From: Rhodospirillaceae bacterium UBA4468
GTDB taxonomy: Bacteria; Pseudomonadota; Alphaproteobacteria; Rhodospirillales; Casp-alpha2
Length of the DNA: 64,000 nucleotides
Direction: 5' to 3'
Assembly (NCBI GenBank): GCA_002389385.1
Contig: DGOK01000054.1
Span: 1,258-65,257, forward strand
Within the stretch, counting starts at the first letter, position 1, and each line of letters begins with the position of its first letter. Below the pieces are notes generated by a model. It searched no databases, was not told where the DNA came from, and was given only the letters and a program-made list of their open reading frames with translations. This document shows, one piece after another, positions 10,126 through 21,116 of the stretch. Both the position numbers and the translations under genes were made by a program.

Positions 10126-11343
10126 TTACCCGCTTAAATGCCGGCCAATTGTTCTTGCACGATCTCGGCCGTGTTTGCTGAAAGGCTCGCCCGCCAAGAA
10201 ATGGCTAGACAGCCTTTTGCATTTTTTTGCGGCGCATGTCCGTTCAACAATGCGTAAAGACAAATCAGACATCACTGCAATCATCGCCATTGCGAGCTTT
10301 TTCTGACCTTCATTAATCGTATTAATGACTTCGGCCTCATCAAGCTTTCCATCAGCCCACATTTTAGCAGCGCGATCAAATTCGGTATCATCGTCAACAC
10401 TCATGCCACTTTGAACGCCATCAGATGAGCCCAGAGCATCAGGCATAACCGCTTCGCCATCACCTAAACGTTTGTGAACCACATCTCGAACTGCCGCATA
10501 TGCTTTTGGCGACAGATCTTTTCGTGCGGCCATGCGTTTCAATATATCATCAGCAACAAAGCGCGCTATTTTCACCGCCGCCGATGTAGGAAGACGCGGC
10601 CGCATAGCAAGGGGCTTATGCCAAAGGTTAATCTGATCCGCTTGATCAATAACTTTGCTTAATGTCTCTTCACGAATTTGTGCACTATCGTTCCCCAAAA
10701 GAAGCGCAATTGCATCCGTATCTGAACTATCAACAATGGCGCTGGAAACAGCATTGGAAACATTTTCCCGCTGAGAAACCGTCTGAGTGCAACCTTCTGA
10801 AGGCTTAGCGCGAATAATTTCGATTAAGTCTTCATCGTTGAGTATCAGCGAAAACTGCAATGCCGGCGTTGCCACGGCTGCTTCAACATCCCATGCAAGC
10901 CTGCGGATGACGTCTGGCGGCGCGTTAGCCACATCCCGTAAAGCCTCAGACAGTATCTGCCGCACGCGTGTCGCTTGATCTTTTGCCAATATAGATAATG
11001 CATCATATGTCATGTGGCGCAGACGATTTTGTTCGTCGGCGGTCAATCCAGGTGAAAGACGCGCAATTTTCTTAGCTAAAGAACTTCGAACATTCTCATT
11101 CTTATATTTCGCTAATAACAGATCCGCATGTTCAGGTGCTGCCGTATTCGACGCTATGCTCTTGCGAACATTTGGAGAAGGGTCATCAGCAAGATAATAG
11201 AGGACTTCTCGCGGAACATCATTGCGCCCTGCCAAATCTGCGCGTGATTTTTCGTCACCATCAACGGCAAGCGCTTTGGCTTCCTCGTAAGAAATTACTT
11301 TCTTCTTTTTCTTCGACTTCTTTGAGAAAATTTTCCAAACCAT
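10126..11343 (-). CDS. alpha-helical (HEAT-like) repeat protein, probably DUF2336 family
   Basis: 405 aa. Repeated xxVR helical units, LLGNDSAQIREETL segment, lysine-rich N-terminus. Family name recalled from memory and not searched. Confidence 0.6.
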   Translation of the reverse strand: MVWKIFSKKSKKKKKVISYEEAKALAVDGDEKSRADLAGRNDVPREVLYYLADDPSPNVRKSIASNTAAPEHADLLLAKYKNENVRSSLAKKIARLSPGLTADEQNRLRHMTYDALSILAKDQATRVRQILSEALRDVANAPPDVIRRLAWDVEAAVATPALQFSLILNDEDLIEIIRAKPSEGCTQTVSQRENVSNAVSSAIVDSSDTDAIALLLGNDSAQIREETLSKVIDQADQINLWHKPLAMRPRLPTSAAVKIARFVADDILKRMAARKDLSPKAYAAVRDVVHKRLGDGEAVMPDALGSSDGVQSGMSVDDDTEFDRAAKMWADGKLDEAEVINTINEGQKKLAMAMIAVMSDLSLRIVERTCAAKKCKRLSSHFLAGEPFSKHGRDRARTIGRHLSG

Positions 11344-11367
11344 AATTAAATCAGTACTGAGTATTTA

Positions 11368-12645
11368 TCATGCACGCGCGCTTATATCGGAGAAGAACTC
11401 GATCTGCCAATCAATTTCTTTCTGAGCCATTGGGAAGCTGTCGTCTGCTGGAAGTTCAATTATTTCTGATGGAGCGATCCGGCCCATTTGCTGTTGGATC
11501 ATAACCAACAATGATGATGGCAATCTGGCTTTCCCAATGAGTGCAAAAATACCTTTCGGGCTTTTTTCAACAAAAATCTTTCGCGCCACAGTGAGGTCTA
11601 CAGCACTTCGAACGATTAAGGCCGCAAAGACAAAGACGTGGTCACCAGCTTGCATGTCCTTAACGATAGACGCGTCTGTCAGCTTATTACTGACATGGAG
11701 CCGAGCGACCTTAGCAATCGGTGGTTCAACTTTTAAGAAATCAAATCCGGCGCCAACGGCATTCGTATCATCAACTTTATTCCCGCCAAGCCGGTCTCGG
11801 ACGATGTCACTTACGGCGGCAAGAGCTGTCGGATCTAGGTCTGATCGTTGTTTCAATGCGTCCAGTAAGTTTTCAGCAAGGAACCCTGCCATCCGCTGCG
11901 CAGCGCCGTCTGGTAATTCTGGGCGTGAAACAAGCGGGGCATGCCACAATTCTACATTGCTTGATTGATTGATGAGATCATCGAGCGCCTCTTCACGAAT
12001 TTGGGCACTGTCATTCCCTAAAAGGTCAGCGATGTCATCCACATCTTCCGTTCCGATGATTGCATCAGCCAGGTTTTCTGAAACATTTGAGCGACGGGAA
12101 ATCGCCGCAACGCCCCCGTTTGCCGGCCCTTTTTTCAATGATCTGAATAAGATCAGATTCACTGAGAACAGGGGAGAATTCGAGAATCGGGCCAGAAACT
12201 TCAATCTCAAGATCGCTCGCAAGCATCTTGATGATTACTGCAGGCGCATCGACAACGTCCTTGAGGGCGTCGGAAAGGATCGCGCGGACTTTGGTATCTG
12301 ATCCCTTGCGAGGGTTGCCAGCGCTTCATGCGTTTGTGCGTAAATCTTGCTGCTTTCTGCCACGTTCAATTCAGGCGCAACCATCGCAATTTTTGCAGCA
12401 AGACCCCCACGAACATCCGCATCCGTATCTTGTGCCAACAACAAATCCGTCTGCCGGGGTGCACGCTCGTTACTGGCAACGGCAAGACGAACATCTGCCG
12501 ACGTATCTTCTGCCAGATAATATAAAAGTTCGGGCGAGAGATCTTCTCGTTCGGCGAGCGCACGCCTCACAGACGCATCATCACTCCGTGCAAGTTCTTT
12601 TGCACGTTCGTAGGTAATTTCTTCTGGTCCGAGTGGCCCTGTCAT
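11368..12645 (-). pseudogene. tandem paralog of the 10126..11343 gene carrying two frameshifts
   Basis: ORFs 12235..12645 and 11368..12222 share a frame and match the N- and C-terminal parts of the neighbouring 405-aa protein. The middle section (TKVRAILSDALKDVVDAPAVIIKMLASDLEIEVSGPILEFSPVLSESDLIQIIEK) is readable only in another frame, between about 12296 and the T6 run at 12130..12135. Confidence 0.7.
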
Positions 12646-12688
12646 GCCGCGCCTTTTATACTGCAGTTATCGCACATGCTATTCAACT

Positions 12689-14401
12689 TTAGCCCTGTGG
12701 CTCAAGAGGTGTACCCGGTGCAGGCGCTAACTCAAAGTTACCCTTGCTGCGTTTTTTAACTGAGTACATTACTGCATCAGCACGCGCTAAGAGATTATCC
12801 AACGATTCGCCAGTGCTTGGGTCAAAGAACGCAACTCCTACCGAAATGCCGAGCGGATGATCGTCATCGCCAGACATCGAGATCATTTCTTTGCTCATTG
12901 CGAGTAGTTGCTGGACGCGTTTTACACTTGTCTGCTCATCAATGCCGTCGAGCCATATTGCAAATTCATCACCGCCTAACCGCGCGACTAAGTCACCCGG
13001 CCTCGAAAAATTAATCATTATGTCACGAAGATATAAAATAGCTTCATCACCTGCCTGTTGCCCATTCACATTATTGACCCGTTTGAGGTTATCCATATCG
13101 ACATAGTACATCGCAGCCGTTTGGGCACTTCGCTCAAGTCTGGATATCCGCCTTGGCAACTCCTCATCATAAAAGGCCCGACGGTTGAGCAATCCTGTCA
13201 TCCCATCCGTTCGAGACAATTTTACAATACGTTCGTGATTAGCAATCTGCTCGTTCGCAATGCCCAGTTAATTTGCAACATCAGTCAGCATCATACGGTG
13301 ATCATCATCCCAAGGCACTTCTTGTGCAGGCTTCCACATCGCCAACGCGCCATTAACTTCATTTCGATATTGAGTCGTCGCCATTAGACCAGACCAGTTG
13401 TCGATCTGAATATCCATGACTTCGCCAGCGCGGAGCTTGCTAATATTTTCGTGCAACGCTTCGAGGCCTTCAACATTGCCGTATTCGGCAGCGATCGCAA
13501 AACTATCAGCGGCTAAATCTTCACGGTAAATGCGTGAGCCAGCAGCACCCAAAGCCCGCGCAGTCGCAGTCGCCGCAGCAACCAACATATCGTTAGGTTC
13601 GATCTCGTCACGAATTTGCCCAACGATGTAGTTCAAAAGCTGTTCACGGTGACGCGCGCGGGCAAGAGCGGCTTCGCTCTCTCGCTCTTCTGTCACATCA
13701 CGGCAATTTCCCCGGCATCCGATCCAGGTTTCGCTGTCATCATCGTTTTTAACCAAGGGGAGTGCTGAAACAACTATGCATGCGGTCGACCCGTCTTTGT
13801 TGGTCATCCACATTTCAATGTTGTCGAGCTTACGATTGGTCGTAAATGGTAAAGGCGTAAACTCGTCCGGATCAATCACAAACTTCCGAGCCGCTTCACC
13901 AATGAGTTCATCGGGCTTATAGCCCAGGGCACCTTGAGGCGAGACAAAAATGAATTTGCCCGACGCATCCACTTCCCATGAAAAGTCACTGGATATCTCA
14001 ACAAGGTCTTTATACCGCTGTCTCGATTCAACGAGCGTCGTACGAAGGTTACGCTCCATGGTTAGGTCGCGTGCCAGAACCAGCGTTTTTGTAACAGCTT
14101 TTTCCGCATCCAAGACCGGGACGGCAGTTACTTCCAGGACGAGTTCGCCACGACTGGTTGCAATTGTCACCGTCGCATTGGCGATACTTGTACTTTCGGC
14201 AGATTTTTCAATGAGCGCTTCAATCTCGGGCACGACGCCACCAACTAACGCTTTCTCTAATCCAACACCTTTTGCATTGGCAAGGCTCGGTTTGGCGTCC
14301 GCATTCAGCAACAAAGCTGGTCCAGGATAACCTGCAATCAATTTTATATCATTATCGCTGGCAACATTCTTATCGTCCGATGTTACCTTATCGTCAGCCA
14401 T
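12689..14401 (-). pseudogene. PAS / GAF-like / GGDEF diguanylate cyclase interrupted by in-frame TAA at 13268..13270
   Basis: The 377-aa sensor ORF (PAS-like ESRQRYKDLVEISSDFSWEVDASGKFIFVSPQ) and the 176-aa GGDEF ORF (RLGGDEFAIW, I-site RPGD) are in the same frame. The 16 codons between the stop and the TTG (LGIANEQIANHERIVK) read as the normal linker helix. Confidence 0.75.
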
Positions 14402-14531
14402 TAAACGTACCTGTCCCCCATTTCCGCTAGAATATATACTAGAAGATGCTTTCCGCCCGTGCCAGCCTACTATTAAATGTTTTCTGAATCAGCTTGTCAG
14501 TGATCGTTTATACCCGTTAATTAAACGTACT

Positions 14532-15254
14532 ATGGAATCAAACGACACAAATAAAACCCCACATCGCATCCGCCAAAGCCCTGACGAGCTTATGGCAGCC
14601 GAAGTATGGATTTTTGACCTCGACAACACGCTGTACCCAGCCGCTTCAAAACTTTTTGATCAAGTCGACTGGAACATGACGCGCTTTGTCGGAGAATTAC
14701 TTAATCTCGAGCAAATTGAGGCGCGGAAACTGCAAAAGCAGTATTTTCGTGAGTACGGAACAACAATGCGCGGCCTCATGACATGCCATGATGTCGATCC
14801 AAAAGAATTTATGGACTACGTCCACGATATCGATTTGGCGCCAATCTCCGCAAACCCGATTTTAACGGAAGCCCTGGCTAAACTCCCCGGGCGCAAAGTC
14901 ATCTATACCAACGGCACCACAACACACGCCGAAAACATTACCCAGCACCTGCAGATTGACCATCATTTTGAAGGTTGTTTCGATATCATCGATGCTGAAT
15001 ATGTACCAAAACCTGCAACAGGCCCTTATGAAACTTTTTGTGCGCGATTTGATATAGATCCCAAAACCGCCATCATGGTTGAGGATATGGCACGCAATCT
15101 GGTGCCCGCTGCTGCACTGGGCATGACCACGGTCTGGCTCGATACAGACGTTGACTGGGCGCGTGATGGCGCAGAACACGGTCATGTCCATCACCGGACA
15201 GTCGATATTGCCACATGGCTCAATGATGTCGTCTCCGGCGTGCAGCCGAGTTGA
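14532..15254 (+). CDS. HAD-superfamily pyrimidine 5'-nucleotidase-like hydrolase
   Basis: Motif [10 protein letters not shown], motif II YTNG, C-terminal MVEDMARNL. Confidence 0.8.
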   Translation: MESNDTNKTPHRIRQSPDELMAAEVWIFDLDNTLYPAASKLFDQVDWNMTRFVGELLNLEQIEARKLQKQYFREYGTTMRGLMTCHDVDPKEFMDYVHDIDLAPISANPILTEALAKLPGRKVIYTNGTTTHAENITQHLQIDHHFEGCFDIIDAEYVPKPATGPYETFCARFDIDPKTAIMVEDMARNLVPAAALGMTTVWLDTDVDWARDGAEHGHVHHRTVDIATWLNDVVSGVQPS

Positions 15255-15333
15255 CACAGCCCAACTGCCGCGTCAAATTCCTGGCACATTTATTAAACGA
15301 GAATATTGCACAGAAATAACACAGAGGATCACC

Positions 15334-16176
15334 ATGGATACCAATCAGCTTGAACAAATCATCGACAACGCCTGGGATGATCGGGATAACGTTTCGCTGA
15401 CCACCACAGGTGAAATTCGCGACTCCGTCGGCGAAGCCCTAAACCTTCTCGACAAGGGTGAATGCCGCGTTGCCGAAAAAACAGATGGTGCATGGCAGGT
15501 CAATCAGTGGCTTAAAAAATCTGTGTTGTTGTCGTTTCGCTTGAACGACATGGCTCCAATCCCTGGCGGCCCTGGTGGCGCACATTGGTGGGACAAAGTT
15601 CCATCCAAGTTTGAAAACATGGATGAAAATGCGTTTAGAGCCGCCGGTTTCCGTGCTGTTCCAGGCGCGATTGTCCGCCATTCAGCATTTATTGCGCCAA
15701 ACGTCGTCTTGATGCCAAGCTTTGTAAACCTAGGCGCATACGTTGGCGAAGGCACCATGGTCGATACATGGGCAACCGTTGGCTCATGTGCTCAAGTGGG
15801 CAAAGGCGTTCACTTATCTGGAGGCGTTGGCCTTGGCGGTGTCCTTGAGCCACTTCAGGCAGGACCTGTGATCATCGAAGACAACTGCTTCATCGGTGCA
15901 CGTTCAGAAGTTGTTGAAGGCGTTATCGTCGAGGAAGGTTCTGTTCTTTCGATGGGCGTATTCATCACAGCAACGACAAAGATCATTGATCGTAACACTG
16001 GTGAAATCTTCGTGGGCCGTGTGCCTGCGTATTCCGTTGTGGTACCAGGCACATTGCCAGGCAAACCACTGCCAGACGGCACACCAGGCCCATCGCTGGC
16101 ATGTGCAGTTATTGTGAAGCGCGTCGATGCGCAAACACGCTCAAAAACGTCGATCAATGAACTTCTTAGAACTTGA
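15334..16176 (+). CDS. dapD: 2,3,4,5-tetrahydropyridine-2,6-dicarboxylate N-succinyltransferase
   Basis: 280 aa from the ATG at 15334 (SD AGAGGA). Hexapeptide-repeat core [42 protein letters not shown]. Confidence 0.95.
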   Translation: MDTNQLEQIIDNAWDDRDNVSLTTTGEIRDSVGEALNLLDKGECRVAEKTDGAWQVNQWLKKSVLLSFRLNDMAPIPGGPGGAHWWDKVPSKFENMDENAFRAAGFRAVPGAIVRHSAFIAPNVVLMPSFVNLGAYVGEGTMVDTWATVGSCAQVGKGVHLSGGVGLGGVLEPLQAGPVIIEDNCFIGARSEVVEGVIVEEGSVLSMGVFITATTKIIDRNTGEIFVGRVPAYSVVVPGTLPGKPLPDGTPGPSLACAVIVKRVDAQTRSKTSINELLRT

Positions 16177-17320
16177 TCCCCTCCAGCTTTCTGAAGCGCT
16201 AATCAAGCGTCCAAGCGTCACCCCAACAGATGCGGGTGCGTTGGATGTTTTGATTGAGTACCTGACGCCGCTTGGGTTCGAATGTCATGACCTGACTTTT
16301 GACGATGCGGATGGTGAGCCAACGCGTAATGTCTATGCGCGCCTTGGCACATCTGGGCCCAATTTCTGCTGGGCCGGGCACACCGATGTTGTGCCACCTG
16401 GCGATCTTGCCGATTGGACGTCTCCTCCGTTCGAACCTGAAATTCGCGACGACCGCCTATATGGTCGAGGTGCTGCTGATATGAAATGCGCCGTTGCGTG
16501 CATGATGACGGCGACGAAGTCTTTCCTTGAATCTAATGATGGCGAATTTAACGGGTCGATCAGCTTTCTGATCACGGGCGACGAAGAAGGTGACGCGACA
16601 AACGGTACAAAGAAAGTCTTGGATTGGCTTCAAGAACGTGGCGAAACAATTGATGCGTGCCTTGTTGGCGAGCCAACAAACCCAGACAACATCTCAGATA
16701 TGGTCAAAATTGGGCGACGTGGCTCAATGAATGTGTGGTTGGATGTGGAGGGTGTGCAAGGCCATTCAGCTTATCCTCATCTTGCAGATAATCCAGTTCA
16801 TAAAATCATGACCTTGTTGCGTTCATTAACCGATGTGCCCCTTGATGAAGGGTCTGATCATTTTCAGGCATCAACACTGCAAATAACAACGGTCGATGTG
16901 AATAATGCCGCTACGAACGTTATTCCAGCGCGCGCATCTGCACGGGTCAATATTCGCTTTAATGATCTTCATACCTCAGCAAGCGTCGAAGACACCCTTC
17001 GGGGTCGACTTGACCAAGCTGGCGGTGGATACGAGATGCGCACACGAGTCTCGGGTGAAAGCTTTTTAACGCCCCCAGGACAGCTCAGCGAGACCGTTTC
17101 TGATGCCATCAAGGCGATCACGGGCGGCACACCTGAGCTCAGCACGACAGGCGGTACGTCCGATGCTCGGTTTATCAAAGACCATTGCCCCGTCGTCGAA
17201 TTTGGCTTGATCAATCAAACGGCACACAAGGTTGACGAGAATGCGCGGGTCTCTGATATCCATGCCCTTTCTAAGATTTACACACGTGTTTTGAGCGGGT
17301 ATTTCGAGAAAACGTCGTAA
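16157..17320 (+). CDS. dapE: succinyl-diaminopimelate desuccinylase
   Basis: 387 aa. M20 peptidase motifs [23 protein letters not shown]. Follows dapD. Confidence 0.95.
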   Translation: MNFLELDPLQLSEALIKRPSVTPTDAGALDVLIEYLTPLGFECHDLTFDDADGEPTRNVYARLGTSGPNFCWAGHTDVVPPGDLADWTSPPFEPEIRDDRLYGRGAADMKCAVACMMTATKSFLESNDGEFNGSISFLITGDEEGDATNGTKKVLDWLQERGETIDACLVGEPTNPDNISDMVKIGRRGSMNVWLDVEGVQGHSAYPHLADNPVHKIMTLLRSLTDVPLDEGSDHFQASTLQITTVDVNNAATNVIPARASARVNIRFNDLHTSASVEDTLRGRLDQAGGGYEMRTRVSGESFLTPPGQLSETVSDAIKAITGGTPELSTTGGTSDARFIKDHCPVVEFGLINQTAHKVDENARVSDIHALSKIYTRVLSGYFEKTS

Positions 17321-17895
17321 TGCTGCCTAGGGCAGAAATTGCCAAAGCATTATCCGGCGCCATCCAACTTGCAAAATTCGATAAAGCGGGGCTTAGCGCC
17401 TTTGGTCATACAGGTGAGGCAGCGAAACGATCATTTTTCGCAGCTGTCATCGTTGCACCCATGTTTCTGCTTTGGATTGCCACCCACGGGATCGATACAG
17501 CCATCGATGTTCCGCTCCCATCTGAATTAACTTTTGCATTTCTAAGTTATGTCTGTGGGTGGTTGATTTTTCCGATCCTGATGTGGCATGTCAGTGAAAA
17601 ATTAGGCTGCCGTGCGCAGTTTTTTCATTTTCTCGCTGCCTATAACTGGGCTGCCGTTATCCAAAATGGCTTATTTATGGCCATGGACGTCATTTTTGTA
17701 TCCATTGGAGCACCAGAAGGTGCGCGCGGATTATTTGGTCTGATTTTACTGGTCTACGTGTTGTTGTATGCATGGTTTGTTGCCAAAAGCGCCCTGGACC
17801 TGCCAGCAGGGCCCGCATGCCTTGTCGTCGCATTGGATATGATGGCGTCTGTGTTGTGGGAATCTTTTACCAACAACATGTCGACAAGCGGCTAG
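17320..17895 (+). CDS. hypothetical integral membrane protein
   Basis: 191 aa, about 4-5 predicted TM helices. ATG overlaps the dapE stop (TAATG). No recognisable family. Confidence 0.5.
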   Translation: MLPRAEIAKALSGAIQLAKFDKAGLSAFGHTGEAAKRSFFAAVIVAPMFLLWIATHGIDTAIDVPLPSELTFAFLSYVCGWLIFPILMWHVSEKLGCRAQFFHFLAAYNWAAVIQNGLFMAMDVIFVSIGAPEGARGLFGLILLVYVLLYAWFVAKSALDLPAGPACLVVALDMMASVLWESFTNNMSTSG

Positions 17896-17906
17896 ACGAT
17901 CACGCG

Positions 17907-18260
17907 TCAAACATCCTTGCCATTGCCAATCATCTCATAGAGTGGCTGCAGCATTTCCTGCCAATCGAAGGTCATATAAATCGCACCAAGGCCAATGATC
18001 CCCATGAAAATCGGTGAACTCAGAATGCCGCCGATGGCTAGCAGTAAACCAACGAACCCCCATGCCCCTTGGCCACGAAACAATGCAATCAACGAGAACA
18101 ATAGACCAAGTGGCGTAAAGATAAATGCCGGACCAAATATACCAAGCATACCGAAGCCAACAGCCAGATATCCTGAAAGCGGCGTCGATTCTTCAACCTG
18201 CTCAGACGCTGATAGCCTGTCAGTCTGATTTTCAGATAAACCAAGGGGTATTTTTTCCAT
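17907..18260 (-). CDS. hypothetical small membrane protein
   Basis: 117 aa with three glycine-rich hydrophobic segments. An in-frame stop lies immediately upstream of the ATG. Confidence 0.45.
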   Translation of the reverse strand: MEKIPLGLSENQTDRLSASEQVEESTPLSGYLAVGFGMLGIFGPAFIFTPLGLLFSLIALFRGQGAWGFVGLLLAIGGILSSPIFMGIIGLGAIYMTFDWQEMLQPLYEMIGNGKDV

Positions 18261-18298
18261 AGATCAACTTTATCACATCAACACAGGCCTGAAAGCGG

Positions 18299-19042
18299 TC
18301 ATTCATCATATGTAACTCGCGTGAGATAAAGCCCCTCAGGGGGTGCCGTGGGACCACCTGCGCGACGATCTTTTTTCATCAAAGCATCATGTACATCCCG
18401 CGCACGCCATTTACCGGCACCAACAATCTGCAAAGTGCCCACAAAATTTCGAACTTGGTGATGTAAAAAAGATCGAGCTTCACACGTCACATGAATTTCA
18501 TCGCCAACCCTGGAAACATCCAACTTATTCACAGTCTTAACAGGCGATTTAGCTTGGCATTCACTGGCCCTGAATGTTGTGAAGTCATGATGACCAACGA
18601 GTTCTTGCGCAGCCTCGTGCATCACTTTTGCATCCAAAGGCGTTGCAACCCACCAAACCTGTCCTTCGTCTAATACAGGCGGCGGACGACGATTAAGGAT
18701 GCGGTACAAATATGCGCGACCTGCTGCTGAATAACGCGCGTGAAAGTCATCAGATACATCTTCAACATGGAGAATACTCACAGGATACGGTCGCAAGTGA
18801 TTGTTCAATGCGTCACGGACGGTCGCAGCGGAAAACGGTTTCTCAATATCCACGTGTGCAATTTGGCCCAATGCATGTACGCCTGAATCCGTTCGACCAG
18901 CACCTTGTACAAACGCGGGTTCACCTGAAAGCTTGAAGACCGCCGTTTCCACGGCTTCCTGCACGCCAAAGCCACTATCCTGGCGTTGCCAGCCGACAAA
19001 GCCGCTGCCGTCATATTCAATCGTTAACTTAAAGCGCGACAT
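18299..19042 (-). CDS. truA: tRNA pseudouridine(38-40) synthase
   Basis: MSRFKLTIEYDGSGFVGWQRQ and catalytic GAGRTDSGVHALGQ. Confidence 0.95.
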   Translation of the reverse strand: MSRFKLTIEYDGSGFVGWQRQDSGFGVQEAVETAVFKLSGEPAFVQGAGRTDSGVHALGQIAHVDIEKPFSAATVRDALNNHLRPYPVSILHVEDVSDDFHARYSAAGRAYLYRILNRRPPPVLDEGQVWWVATPLDAKVMHEAAQELVGHHDFTTFRASECQAKSPVKTVNKLDVSRVGDEIHVTCEARSFLHHQVRNFVGTLQIVGAGKWRARDVHDALMKKDRRAGGPTAPPEGLYLTRVTYDE

Positions 19043-19197
19043 GGCAAGATTATCCGTCGAAGCTTGAACTCAAAAATTATTGGTTACTAGGGTATTTCTG
19101 TTAATGTAGCTAAATTGTCAAACGCAGGGAAATTCTGATGCAAGAAGATGATCGATCTTCTATCCTCATTCAGAACGAACGAGATTAGTTACATATC

Positions 19198-20157
19198 TTG
19201 CCATTAGATATATTGCCTATCAAAACGCCCGGGCTGAAACGCGCGCGTATGATCAAAAATGCTCACCTAAACAGCGTTGTTGAGCTATTTAGGGATGCGC
19301 ATACCGGCAGCGGCCAATTGCATGTTCAAGATCTTTCCAATGAATTCGACTGGGAAGATGGCAATAATCATCCTGATCTTGTTCTTTTGCGCCGCGTCGC
19401 TGCCATGCCGAGCTATGACGTTTATTCATTGCGCGTCGCATTGAGAGAAATTGGCATCAAAGTTAATGACGTCGAGACACTCAAGCTGTCTCCCGAAATG
19501 AACCAGGAACTAACATCATATATGACGGATTTCACCCGCCCGCTCATATTGCAGATTTACGGTAAAGAAGACGGCGTTGAGATCGAGACATTTGAAGATG
19601 TTGTCCTATTATTTCGTGATCCCGATATGAAGCGCGCCCTTGAAAAATTAAAAATTATGGCTGACAAACTTGGCCTTAATCCTGAAGATGTCCCAAGTTT
19701 TATTGAAGATTATGGCGATATTTTCTTGTCGCTCTCGTACTATCGATGGTGCCTGGATTCGATTAATCCAATTATTGCAAATTTCCTGGAATCATTGCCT
19801 GACCTTCGTAAGAGCTATGTGCTTAAAAGCGATCAAATCCTACAAAAGAACGTCAATATATTGGAAGCAAAAGTGACTGAGCTTAACGCCCAACTTGTCG
19901 AACGTTTTGATAGCTTTGAACGCGAAACCCAGAATATGTGGGACGACATCTCCGCCGTAAAATTTCGCGAACTTCAAAAGGTCATAACAAGCTATCACAG
20001 GAGCTTAGGTGGCATACTTTGCGTATTGAGTGTAAGGATGGATTCCTGGCATTCATTGTTTCCAAAGCGCGAGATTGGCAGTCCACAAAAACGCGGGGAG
20101 TTCATCATGATTGAGATGCGCCAGGGCATTCATAAAATTAGAGGCGTGGATTCCTAA
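19198..20157 (+). CDS. hypothetical protein, no recognisable domain
   Basis: 319-aa ORF from TTG (alternative ATG at 19249). Reads as predominantly helical and acidic, and looks more AT-rich than its neighbours by eye. Start uncertain; see the finding on an upstream in-frame ATG...TAG. Confidence 0.5.
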   Translation: MPLDILPIKTPGLKRARMIKNAHLNSVVELFRDAHTGSGQLHVQDLSNEFDWEDGNNHPDLVLLRRVAAMPSYDVYSLRVALREIGIKVNDVETLKLSPEMNQELTSYMTDFTRPLILQIYGKEDGVEIETFEDVVLLFRDPDMKRALEKLKIMADKLGLNPEDVPSFIEDYGDIFLSLSYYRWCLDSINPIIANFLESLPDLRKSYVLKSDQILQKNVNILEAKVTELNAQLVERFDSFERETQNMWDDISAVKFRELQKVITSYHRSLGGILCVLSVRMDSWHSLFPKREIGSPQKRGEFIMIEMRQGIHKIRGVDS

Positions 20158-20177
20158 GTAGCCTGAGCAGCCAAACC

Positions 20178-21116
20178 TTAAGAATTAAGTTTTGTCCCAC
20201 GTTTAATCGGATAGCCGCGCAAGAACGCATCAGCATCCATCATGCCTTTACCAGGTCTTTGTAATCGCACGGGGCGCACAGCACCCAAACCACAGGCAAT
20301 CGACAATTCATTATCAATGAGTGTGCCGGGTTCACCCGTAGCATCGTTCAAAAGCTCTACGGCACCCACCTTGATGCGCGCATTCTCATGCTCAAACCAT
20401 GTCCCCGGCCAAGGATTGAGCGCACGAACCTTACATTCGATTTCTCCGGCCAATGCCTGAAAATCGATCAGCCCCTCACCGCGTTCCAGCTTTGATGCGT
20501 ATGTAATGCCGTCTGCAGACTGCGCAGTGGCAACAAGATCACCAGCGGCATATGCTGACAAGGTTGGCACTAACAATGATGCGCCCATTTCAGATAGTCG
20601 ATCGTGCAGCGTACTCGCCGTTTCATCAGCAGCAATGGATGTTTTAGCTTCGGCAAGAACATCACCGGTATCCAAGCCCTCATCCATTTGCATAATGCCA
20701 ACGCCAGTTTCCGTATCACCTGCCATGATCGCACGCTGGATCGGTGCAGCCCCTCGCCACCTGGGCAATAACGACGCGTGTACGTTCAAACAGCCCAATT
20801 TCGGCGCATCTAAAATCTCTTGCGGTAGGATCAATCCGTATGCCACGACAATGGCGGCATCGAGATTCAATTCTGCAAATTCAGCCTTCACGTCATCCGC
20901 ACGCAATGACTTAGGCGTCCGCGCCGGGATGCCTAAGCGATTTGCCTCTGCATGCACAGGGCAAGGCCGTTCTTTTTGGCCCCGGCCCGCAGGTTTCGGC
21001 GGTTGCGCATAGACACATACGATCTCATGCCCGGCATCGATCAAAGCGCTGAGGGTTGTGACTGAAAATTCCGGGCTGCCCATAAATGCAAGGCGAAGGG
21101 GCTTGAAATCGCTCAC
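20178..21116 (-). CDS. fmt: methionyl-tRNA formyltransferase
   Basis: 312 aa. LRLAFMGSPEFSV and NVHASLLPRWRGAAPIQRAI motifs. Confidence 0.95.
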   Translation of the reverse strand: MSDFKPLRLAFMGSPEFSVTTLSALIDAGHEIVCVYAQPPKPAGRGQKERPCPVHAEANRLGIPARTPKSLRADDVKAEFAELNLDAAIVVAYGLILPQEILDAPKLGCLNVHASLLPRWRGAAPIQRAIMAGDTETGVGIMQMDEGLDTGDVLAEAKTSIAADETASTLHDRLSEMGASLLVPTLSAYAAGDLVATAQSADGITYASKLERGEGLIDFQALAGEIECKVRALNPWPGTWFEHENARIKVGAVELLNDATGEPGTLIDNELSIACGLGAVRPVRLQRPGKGMMDADAFLRGYPIKRGTKLNS

